From Candidatus Hydrogenedentota bacterium (GTDB lineage: Bacteria > Hydrogenedentota > Hydrogenedentia > Hydrogenedentales > SLHB01), in NCBI GenBank assembly GCA_034408725.1, contig JAWXCN010000085.1:1-24228 (forward strand): 24,228 bases of DNA, read 5' to 3'. A program made the position numbers and the translations under genes. The notes beneath the pieces were generated by a model. The model was not told where the DNA came from, did not search any database, and saw only the letters and a list, made by a program, of their open reading frames with translations. The first letter of the stretch is position 1. Each line of letters opens with the position of its first letter. Positions 10,417-17,724 of the stretch are shown in pieces.

Positions 10417-11589
10417 ATGAGCGGTCCCCTTTCCGGAATCAAAATTATTGATTGCAGCCGGTTGTTGCCCGGTGGTTTTTGCACGATGCTCATGGGCGAT
10501 CTCGGCGCGGATGTTATCAAAGTCGAAGAGCCAGGTCGCGGCGACTATGTGCGCGAGTTCCCTCCGTTTAAGGGCGATCAGAGCTACATGCACCTCGTGC
10601 TCAACCGCAACAAGCGCAGCATGACGCTGAACCTTAAATCACCTGAAGGCGTCGAGATTCTGAAAAAGCTCGTGCGCGACTCGGACGTGATAGTCGAAGG
10701 ATTCCGTCCCGGCGTAATGGACCGTCTTGGCGTTGGGTATGAAGCGTTGAAGCAGGAAAACCCGCGCCTTGTCTATTGCGCGATCACAGGCTACGGACAG
10801 ACCGGGCCTTATGCACAACGTCCTGGACACGATCTCAACTACGTCGGGATTGCAGGTGCATTGGAACAGTTCGGGCCGAAAGACGGACCGCCCACCGTCC
10901 CAGGTCTCACGGTTGCGGACATCGGCGGCGGCGCGCAGATGGCGATCATTGGCATTCTCGCGGCGATCATCGCACGCGGGAACTCCGGCAAAGGCCAGTT
11001 CATAGATATATCCATGACCGACGGCGTGGTGTACTGGCTCTCGCTCTTCGCGGGTTGGTATTTCGGGACCGGCATAAGTCCGAAACGCGGCGAGCACGTT
11101 CTGCTTGGCCAGTTTCCGTGCTATGCGGTATATCCTGCTAAAGACGGCTATATTACGGTCGGCTGTCTCGAAGCGCATTTCTGGGCAAATCTGTGCAGGG
11201 AAATCGGTCGCGAACAATACATTCCCGAACAACTGAACCTCGATGACGCGCCAAAAATCTTTGATGACCTCGCGAACCTTTTCCGCACAAAAACCCGCGC
11301 GGAATGGGACGCTTTCTTCGCGGACAAGAATGTGTGCGTTGGGCCGGTGAATCTTATCGAGGAAGCGATTCACGATCCTCAACTCAAACATCGCGGCATG
11401 TTCACCACACTCACGCACTCGATCGAAGGCGAGATCCAACAGCTTGGCATTCCAATCAAACTGTCCGCCACTCCGGGTTCGAGTAACGGCTCTCCGCCAA
11501 ACCTTGGCGACCACACCCGCGAAGTGCTTGGGGGTATTGGACTCACCGAAACAGAAATCTCCGGACTGATTGATCGGGGCATCGTCTAG
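10417..11589 (+). CDS. CaiB/BaiF family (class III) CoA-transferase, alpha-methylacyl-CoA racemase-like
   Basis: Motifs GPLSGIKIID, LGADVIKVE, NRNKRS, EGFRPGVMDRLG, ITGYGQTGP, GHDLNY, ADIGGG and PPNLGDHT. Confidence 0.93.
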   Translation: MSGPLSGIKIIDCSRLLPGGFCTMLMGDLGADVIKVEEPGRGDYVREFPPFKGDQSYMHLVLNRNKRSMTLNLKSPEGVEILKKLVRDSDVIVEGFRPGVMDRLGVGYEALKQENPRLVYCAITGYGQTGPYAQRPGHDLNYVGIAGALEQFGPKDGPPTVPGLTVADIGGGAQMAIIGILAAIIARGNSGKGQFIDISMTDGVVYWLSLFAGWYFGTGISPKRGEHVLLGQFPCYAVYPAKDGYITVGCLEAHFWANLCREIGREQYIPEQLNLDDAPKIFDDLANLFRTKTRAEWDAFFADKNVCVGPVNLIEEAIHDPQLKHRGMFTTLTHSIEGEIQQLGIPIKLSATPGSSNGSPPNLGDHTREVLGGIGLTETEISGLIDRGIV

Positions 11590-11624
11590 ACGTCAGATGA
11601 ATGGCAGGATGAATCGTTGCATTC

Positions 11625-11655
11625 AATCTGCGAGAATCTGCGTAATCTGCGGATA
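11625..11655. repeat. Triple tandem AATCTGCG repeat
   Basis: AATCTGCG at 11625, 11635 and 11644. An imperfect inverted partner GCAGGATGAAT lies at 11604-11614. Confidence 0.65.
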
Positions 11656-11668
11656 AAAGGTTGCAATT

Positions 11669-12745
11669 ATGAAAACATGGCGCATTGCCGGCATCAATTT
11701 CGATCATCTGCACATGGGCGACAATTTGCGGATGGCGTTCAACCATCCGCAGGTGGAAATCGCCGGGATTTGCGACGAACGGCCCGAACGCATGCAGTCG
11801 TCCATCGAAAATTTTTCCATACCCGCGGACCGCGTGTTTACCGATTATCGGGCCTGCATCGAGAAAACGAAGCCCGATATAGTGCTGTTGTGTCCCGCCA
11901 CCGCGAAGCACGGCGAGTGGACCGAAAAGGTAGCGCCGTTCGGCGTAAACGTCATCATGGAAAAACCGTTTGCGGCATCGCTGGCGGAAGCGGACCGCAT
12001 GGTTGCCGCAATGGCAAAAACCCGAAAAACGCTGGCGATTAACTGGCCGCTGGCGTGGGTGGCATCGCACCGCACCGCAAAACGCATTATTGATGAAGGC
12101 ATCATTGGCCACATTCTCGAAGTGCACTACTACGATGGAAATCGCGGGCCACTCTATCATGTCGCAGACAAACTGGAAACAACTGCGGAAGAAATGCAGC
12201 GGGAGAAACCGGGCAGTTGGTTCTACAAAAAAGATCACGGCGGCGGTTCGCTCCTCGATTATCTCGGCTATGGCACGACCCTCGGCACGTGGTTTCATGG
12301 CGGGAAAAAGCCAATTGAAGTCACTTGCGTCGTTGATGAGCCTGCTGGCCTTGAAGTTGACGAACACAGCATCACCGTCGCGCGATACGCAGACGGACTA
12401 TCAAAATTTGAAACGCGCTGGGGCACGTTCACCGATCCGTGGACGCACCAACCGCAACCGAAGTGCGGGTTTGTCATCAAGGGCGCCGAAGGCACAATCA
12501 GCAGCTACGATTACGAACGCACTGTGCGCGTGCAAACCAGAGAATGCGCGGAAGGCCGCGACGTTCCCGTGGACGTTCTCGAGCCGCCATTCGAGAACCC
12601 CGTGCAATACGTCATTCATCACCTCGAATCCGGCACTGCGGTTGAAGGTCCCCTCTCCCCCGAAGTTTCCCGTATCGGACAACAGATCGTCGATTCCGCC
12701 ATCCTCAGCGCGCGCGAAAAACGCACGGTGCCTTTGTTGGCATAA
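11669..12745 (+). CDS. Gfo/Idh/MocA family oxidoreductase
   Basis: Rossmann-like N-terminus, PDIVLLCPATAKHGEW, MEKPFA and GGGSLLDYLGY. Confidence 0.9.
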   Translation: MKTWRIAGINFDHLHMGDNLRMAFNHPQVEIAGICDERPERMQSSIENFSIPADRVFTDYRACIEKTKPDIVLLCPATAKHGEWTEKVAPFGVNVIMEKPFAASLAEADRMVAAMAKTRKTLAINWPLAWVASHRTAKRIIDEGIIGHILEVHYYDGNRGPLYHVADKLETTAEEMQREKPGSWFYKKDHGGGSLLDYLGYGTTLGTWFHGGKKPIEVTCVVDEPAGLEVDEHSITVARYADGLSKFETRWGTFTDPWTHQPQPKCGFVIKGAEGTISSYDYERTVRVQTRECAEGRDVPVDVLEPPFENPVQYVIHHLESGTAVEGPLSPEVSRIGQQIVDSAILSAREKRTVPLLA

Positions 12746-12780
12746 TTTTTCCTAATTGTCCCTTCTCCCAAATTGATCTC

Positions 12781-13122
12781 TCTCCCCAAACGACGTTTTT
12801 ACCCAAAAGCCTATTTGGACTGCGGCGGCCCCCAAGGCGCCGCTTTGGCTGTTTATCACAGTTGGTCTAGCCTTTGCCCTGCCCGCATGAAGTCATCGCC
12901 TATGAACAGCCCAAGCGGTGTCTGCGCTACCCGCTCCGCCACCGCAGTCCAAATAGTCCTCCACCAAAGCCACGTCCTAACAAGAAGTCTATTTGGACTG
13001 CGGCGGCCCCCAAAGGCGCCGCTTTGGCTATTTATCACAGATGGTCTACCCTTAACACGTGGCTTTGGCTGTTTATCACAGTCGACCTACCCTTGCCCCG
13101 CGCACAAAGCCCTCTCCCCTAA
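12781..13122. repeat. REP/REPIN cluster 3: forward 12813-12856, reverse 12902-12954, forward 12991-13035, partial 13062-13122
   Basis: Same units and linkers as 3703-3943 (GCTTTGGCT(A/G)TTTATCACAG; CCCAAAACGACGTT-like flank), with an extra partial duplication. Confidence 0.88.
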
Positions 13123-13368
13123 AGAGGGATACTCAAAAAAACGGACGCTGCGGATTCGGTTACCGGATTTCTCGACACACTGTTCACGATAGAGCCGGAG
13201 ATTCCGGAGTTTGCTTTGAAGCAAATCGTTGAGGGCGGTTACACCGGAACGTTGCGGTATCTGCGCGAAAACGAACCGTTCGGCAAAGCATTCGCATCGG
13301 ACGAATCGCATGTCGTGCGCCAGTTGAGAATTCGCGTTGGAGAGATTACTTTCCTGGACGAAGTGTAG
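13123..13368 (+). pseudogene. Headless open frame, possibly the 3' remnant of a gene
   Basis: 81 open codons (…TDAADSVTGFLDTLFTIEPEIPEFALKQIVEGGYTGTLRYLRENEPFGKAF…RIRVGEITFLDEV*) with protein-like composition and no ATG. It begins where the repeat cluster breaks off. Confidence 0.4.
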
Positions 13369-13383
13369 ATCAGTTCGCAAATC

Positions 13384-13411
13384 AAAAAAGCCCCCCGAAA
13401 CGTCGGGGGGC
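13384..13411 (-). terminator. Rho-independent terminator of the PKD lipoprotein gene
   Basis: Stem GCCCCCCGA/TCGGGGGGC with a 4-nt loop, followed by T6 on the minus strand, 20 nt after the stop. Confidence 0.88.
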
Positions 13412-13431
13412 CATAAAGCAATCGAATACTC

Positions 13432-14613
13432 TTAACGCGACGGCGACACAACGATGTAGTTGGTCCGAGTTTCCGAATCCGTACCCACCGCGGTCGTAAC
13501 GCTCAAATAAATCGTATACGCCCCGGCGGCGTTGTAAATATGGATCGGGCTTTGCGCCGTGCTCGAGCCGCCGTCCCCGAAGGTCCAAATCCAATTCAGA
13601 ATCGGCGATGTGCCTGGATCAGAGAGATCGTTGAACTGCACCAATTGACCTACTATCGGTTGGCGATCATCCGCAATGAAATTGGCGGTCGGCCCGACCG
13701 GCTGAACGTCAATGTAGTCGTTCTTCGTCTCGGTATCGCTGACGCCATCTTCCATGGTGATCGTCAACACGACTGTAAATTCGTTGACCGTCGTGTACGT
13801 GTGCGAAGGATTCTGGTCCGTGCTCGTGCCGCCATCCCCGAAGTTCCAGAACCATTGGTCAATATCACCAGTGCCAGGGTCCGACAAGTCCGTAAATTCG
13901 ACAGGCGTATTCGCGGGAGGATTCGTGGTCGACGCTATGAAGTCGGCATCAATATCGCCCGCGTCTTCCACGACGATAAAGTTCTGCTTGACCTGGGTAT
14001 CGCTCTGGGTGGACGTTTGCACGGTCAACGTGACGGAGTAGGTCCCGGGGTCTTTGTATTTGTGTGTCGGATTCTGCTGCGTGCTCTGTTTGCCGTCACC
14101 GAACGTCCATATCCAACTGACAATCGGCCCAGAGCCGGGCGCTATCGTAGACTCATCGGTAAATTGAACGTTTTCGTTGACACTCGCCAGCACGGGCGAC
14201 GCGGAAAACTCCGCGACCAGGGATGCATCGGCAGTAACGATCACTTCTTGATTCGCAACGCCAGGCGCGGAAACCGTTACGGCACCGGCATTGGAACCCG
14301 CGGCCATCCTGCTCCGGTTGATAGTTACGGTGATGACTTCTTTGTCTCCCGGACCGCTGCTGTTTCCACTACCTGGATTGACTTCTATCCATTCGTCGCC
14401 GCCTGTGCTCAGCGTGAATTCCGGCAGCGCCTGCGAGGTATAGTTTTTCGCAACGGTAAACTGCAACGTGTCAGTTTCCGATCCGAAATCAAGCGTCTTT
14501 GGGCTGATAATGTACGCGGGCAAATAACTGGGAGCGGGTGGGCAACCCATGCCCAAAATAAGGGCAAACCCCAGCATCGTAGGCCACGTCAAAAACTTCA
14601 ACGGCCGAAGCAT
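13432..14613 (-). CDS. Lipoprotein with a BACON/Ig-like domain and three PKD domains
   Basis: Lipobox LGMGC. Three W.W.FGDG..ST.Q.P.H.Y...G.Y.V.L repeats. ATG 14613 has TAAGGAG 8 nt upstream. Confidence 0.9.
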   Translation of the reverse strand: MLRPLKFLTWPTMLGFALILGMGCPPAPSYLPAYIISPKTLDFGSETDTLQFTVAKNYTSQALPEFTLSTGGDEWIEVNPGSGNSSGPGDKEVITVTINRSRMAAGSNAGAVTVSAPGVANQEVIVTADASLVAEFSASPVLASVNENVQFTDESTIAPGSGPIVSWIWTFGDGKQSTQQNPTHKYKDPGTYSVTLTVQTSTQSDTQVKQNFIVVEDAGDIDADFIASTTNPPANTPVEFTDLSDPGTGDIDQWFWNFGDGGTSTDQNPSHTYTTVNEFTVVLTITMEDGVSDTETKNDYIDVQPVGPTANFIADDRQPIVGQLVQFNDLSDPGTSPILNWIWTFGDGGSSTAQSPIHIYNAAGAYTIYLSVTTAVGTDSETRTNYIVVSPSR

Positions 14614-14682
14614 GCAATCCACTCCTTACTTGCGTGCGACACCTGGCTCGCGTGCTACCCCTAAGCCACCCTACATGCTACC

Positions 14683-14712
14683 ATCATGCCAGCAAGGCAA
14701 TACAATCGTCAA
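14683..14712 (-). promoter_or_regulatory. Putative sigma70 promoter of the PKD gene
   Basis: On the minus strand: TTGACG, 18 bp spacer, TG-n-CATGAT. Confidence 0.45.
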
Positions 14713-14749
14713 CTGTTTCCCGCGCGCCCTGGTAATTCGTTCAGGACCA

Positions 14750-16090
14750 TCACGCGGAAGTGCTTACCTCGATTGGGATTACTTCTGGAACGGCGCGGGG
14801 CTGGTAAACCGCCTTGAACACCAGTTCCGCCTTGCAGATATACCCGTGGTCAAGAATATCGTAGCCACGCGTCTCCAAGGCTTCCCGCAAGGACTTATAC
14901 GAATAGAAGGTGCAATGCTCGTCGGCATAAGCCCCCGGCGCCACTTTCCCGTATACCCATTCGATCAACGGCCACTGCCAACCGCCATAGTCGGGTGTGC
15001 CCAGAATCAGGGTGCCTCCCGGCCGAAGGATGCGCGTCAACTCGTCGATGAGTTTGCCGTCTTCATCCGGAATATGCTCGATAACCTCCGAGCAAATGAC
15101 GCAATCAAACTGTCCGGTGCGGAACGGTAAAATCATGCCGTTGGCCTGAAGCAGTTTCTTGTTTGTCCGGCGCATATACGCCAGCTTGTCGTGGCGCATA
15201 TCGACCCCAATGGAATGCGGAAGGTCTGCAAGGATATGGCTGCTTCCGCAACCCACGTCGCATGTCGATACAAAGGGCGGAGTGAAGCCCATGATGATGT
15301 CGTACCGCTTCCGCTGCCAGTACCGCTGGAACCAGATTCGGCTATTGTGCGCGCGCCAGTCGTAATCGGGAAACTGCACCGAATTACGGATGGTCCAGAT
15401 TCGGCGGAACAGGCGAAGGTAGTCTAGGCCAAATTTGAAAATGCGCGCGTGCGAACCGCCGGAACCGCGGGGTTCGTAGTGGAACGCGACTTCCTTGATG
15501 CGCAGGCCGCGCCCATAGGCGCGCAGCAGAATCTCGACGAGCACCACGAAATTCGTGAACTCGAGATCCATGCGCTCGAAAATGCGCTTGCGGTATAACC
15601 GGAAACCGCTGGAAAGGTCCTTCACCGGAATGGACAGACCTTTGCCAAAGAATCCGTTGAGCACCTTGCTGAGAAAATAACGGAACACTGGCTGGTCCGC
15701 GTGACCTCCGGGCACGTACCGCGACGCGATTACCACCTCGGCTTTATCCCGCGCCGCCCACAGATTCTTGATACAGTCCGTGGGGTGGGATTGATCGGCG
15801 TCCATTGTCAGGACGTAGGCGCCTCGGGCCTCGGATATGCCGCGCAGAATCGCGCGCCCATAACCGGCTTCTGATTCTCGCACATACTGGAATGGCTCCC
15901 CCATCTGAGCGACAATGGCCGGGGTGCCATCCTGGGATTCACCGTCCACCACGAGCACTTCCCACGCGATGGACATCGAGTCCAACACTTCGCGGAGGAG
16001 CGGCAGAATCCGGTAAAGATTGGGGCCTTCGTTAAGCGCCGGAATGACCACCGACAACGCGAGGGTATCCGCCTTTAATGCAGTTCTCAT
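14750..16090 (-). CDS. GT2 glycosyltransferase (polyprenol-phosphate/DPM1-like) fused to a class I SAM-dependent methyltransferase
   Basis: GT2 motifs VVIPALNE, VVDGESQDGT, MDADQSH, IASRY and DLSSGFRLY. Methyltransferase motifs DVGCGS, FDCVICSEVIEHI and LRPGG. Confidence 0.9.
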   Translation of the reverse strand: MRTALKADTLALSVVIPALNEGPNLYRILPLLREVLDSMSIAWEVLVVDGESQDGTPAIVAQMGEPFQYVRESEAGYGRAILRGISEARGAYVLTMDADQSHPTDCIKNLWAARDKAEVVIASRYVPGGHADQPVFRYFLSKVLNGFFGKGLSIPVKDLSSGFRLYRKRIFERMDLEFTNFVVLVEILLRAYGRGLRIKEVAFHYEPRGSGGSHARIFKFGLDYLRLFRRIWTIRNSVQFPDYDWRAHNSRIWFQRYWQRKRYDIIMGFTPPFVSTCDVGCGSSHILADLPHSIGVDMRHDKLAYMRRTNKKLLQANGMILPFRTGQFDCVICSEVIEHIPDEDGKLIDELTRILRPGGTLILGTPDYGGWQWPLIEWVYGKVAPGAYADEHCTFYSYKSLREALETRGYDILDHGYICKAELVFKAVYQPRAVPEVIPIEVSTSA

Positions 16091-16147
16091 GACGACTCAC
16101 CCAACTCCTGAAAACATCCCAACGCGCATAACCGGCCCCGCAACCGG

Positions 16148-16176
16148 TAGACAGGGCGATAATAATTCTTTACATT
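16148..16176 (+). promoter_or_regulatory. Putative sigma70 promoter of the second Gfo/Idh/MocA gene
   Basis: TAGACA, 17 bp spacer, TACATT. Confidence 0.5.
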
Positions 16177-16243
16177 ACCGCACAACGGGTCGCAAATCAA
16201 AACGTTATGCACGTGTTCCGCTAACAACGAGGAGAAGGCCGGG

Positions 16244-17344
16244 GTGTCTCAGGATCGGGAGTGCAGGGCGGATGTTGTGCCAACTGTAGACGCGCCCTGC
16301 TTGTCTTATTTACCACGAGTCCCCCACTCCTACAAACCGGCAATCGCGTTGATCGGATGCGGCGGAATTGCCCCGTATCATCTACGAGCATACAAACGCG
16401 CGGGGTACACCGTATCGGCATTGTGCGATCATACGATTGCAAAGGCGAGCGCCCTGCGTGACGAACTTTTTCCCGATGCCGCGGTCTTCATGGACTACCG
16501 GGACATTCTTCGGCGCGACCTCGCCGACGTCGTGGATGTCGCTACGCATCCCGCACAGCGGGTCGCGATTATTGGTGACTCCCTCGCCGCCGGGAAACAC
16601 GTGCTGAGCCAAAAGCCTTTTGTGTTGGACCTGGATGACGGCGCGCGGTTGGCGGATTTGGCGGATGCGAACGGCGTGTGTCTGGTGGTCAACCAGAACG
16701 GCCGGTGGGCCCCGCATTTCTCCTATATCCGGGAAGCTGTTTCCACGGGACTTCTCGGAGCCGTATCGAGCGCGCAGCTTGCCGTGCATTGGGACCATAA
16801 CTGGACGGCGGACACCGTATTCAACGAACTCCGCCACCTCGTCCTTTACGATTTCGCGGTGCATTGGTTCGATATAGTTGCGTGCATTTTCGGTGAAAGC
16901 CCGGCAAAACAGGTATTTGCGCGCGCGATGAGGTCACCGCGCCAACGCGCAAAGCCACCACTGCTCGCGGACATCATCATCGAATTTGAAACCGGACTGG
17001 CATCCATTTCCTTCAATGCCGACACGCGATTTGGCGCCCACGATCAGACAATCGCCGCCGGCAGCGATGGCACGATTATGAGCAATGGGCCCGATCTCAA
17101 TTCGCAAACTGTGACTTTGACTACGCAACAAGGCCGATCAAGTCCCGTCTTGCAAGGCGACTGGTTCAGCAATGGGTTTCACGGAGCTATGGCTGAGCTG
17201 CTTTGCGCAATCGAAGAAAAGCGTGAACCGTGTCATTCCGCGCGCAATAATCTGCGCACCCTGGCCCTGTGTTTCGCGGCAATCGAGTCGGCCGATTCAG
17301 GGCGGCCCGTTACGCCTGGCGTTATACGCCGAATCCACGTCTGA
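16244..17344 (+). CDS. Gfo/Idh/MocA family oxidoreductase
   Basis: Motifs IALIGCGGIA, AGKHVLSQKP, NQNGRW and YDFAVHWFD. GTG start follows GAGGAG. Confidence 0.9.
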   Translation: MSQDRECRADVVPTVDAPCLSYLPRVPHSYKPAIALIGCGGIAPYHLRAYKRAGYTVSALCDHTIAKASALRDELFPDAAVFMDYRDILRRDLADVVDVATHPAQRVAIIGDSLAAGKHVLSQKPFVLDLDDGARLADLADANGVCLVVNQNGRWAPHFSYIREAVSTGLLGAVSSAQLAVHWDHNWTADTVFNELRHLVLYDFAVHWFDIVACIFGESPAKQVFARAMRSPRQRAKPPLLADIIIEFETGLASISFNADTRFGAHDQTIAAGSDGTIMSNGPDLNSQTVTLTTQQGRSSPVLQGDWFSNGFHGAMAELLCAIEEKREPCHSARNNLRTLALCFAAIESADSGRPVTPGVIRRIHV

Positions 17345-17352
17345 CCCGCTCT

Positions 17353-17376
17353 CCCTTACACAGGGGTTTTTATTTT
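17353..17376 (+). terminator. Possible weak terminator
   Basis: Short stem CCCT-TACAC-AGGG followed by GTTTTTATTTT, just after the stop. Confidence 0.4.
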
Positions 17377-17511
17377 ACACGCAACTTTGATCCTCGCGCG
17401 TGGATTCATCCAATGCGGACGTAAGTTTCTCACGGAATAATGCCTTGATGCGAAACGTCTGGCCGGCCAAGGGCACGGATGAAATGGAACGGCCGGAAAG
17501 GGACAGCGGGG

Positions 17512-17598
17512 TTGCGGGGCGTGACAGTGAAACAAGTCCTCTTCTTCGTTGTACTGTTGGCGAGTTTAATTGCGGTGCAACATTGGCTGGGTCGATAG
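17512..17598 (+). CDS. Small hydrophobic protein A, 28 aa, MRGVTVKQVLFFVVLLASLIAVQHWLGR (an alternative in-frame ATG at 17479 would give 39 aa)
   Basis: TTG start after GAAAGGGA. Single TM-like segment. Paralogous to 17641-17724. Confidence 0.7.
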   Translation: MRGVTVKQVLFFVVLLASLIAVQHWLGR

Positions 17599-17640
17599 CA
17601 CCCCAAAGGTTGCAGACAGGGGCCGGAAAGGAGCGGGACA

Positions 17641-17724
17641 ATGAACGGATTCAGCGTTAAACACGTTCTGTTCTTTGTGGGATTGTTCGCACTACTATTT
17701 GCCGTCCAGGCGTTCGCACGTTAG
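17641..17724 (+). CDS. Small hydrophobic protein B, 27 aa, MNGFSVKHVLFFVGLFALLFAVQAFAR
   Basis: ATG with AAAGGAG 7 nt upstream. 15 of the first 23 residues are identical to protein A. Its stop overlaps the stop of the convergent YfhO gene (TTAG). Confidence 0.78.
   Translation: MNGFSVKHVLFFVGLFALLFAVQAFAR

Noticed and set aside
12773-13192. ORFs 12773-13192, 12856-13038, 12874-13122 and their look-alike at 3568-3762
   Set aside because: Their similarity comes from the DNA repeats, and they have no RBS or recognisable protein features.
13540-14664. Long antisense or alternate-frame ORFs (e.g. 13540-14664, 10639-11514, 20445-21590, 21409-22278, 2645-3412)
   Set aside because: These are shadow ORFs of well-supported genes, as expected in GC-rich DNA.
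17375-17660. Track ORFs 17400-17660 (+) and 17375-17641 (-)
   Set aside because: They lack an RBS and recognisable features, and they overlap the better-supported micro-protein frames.
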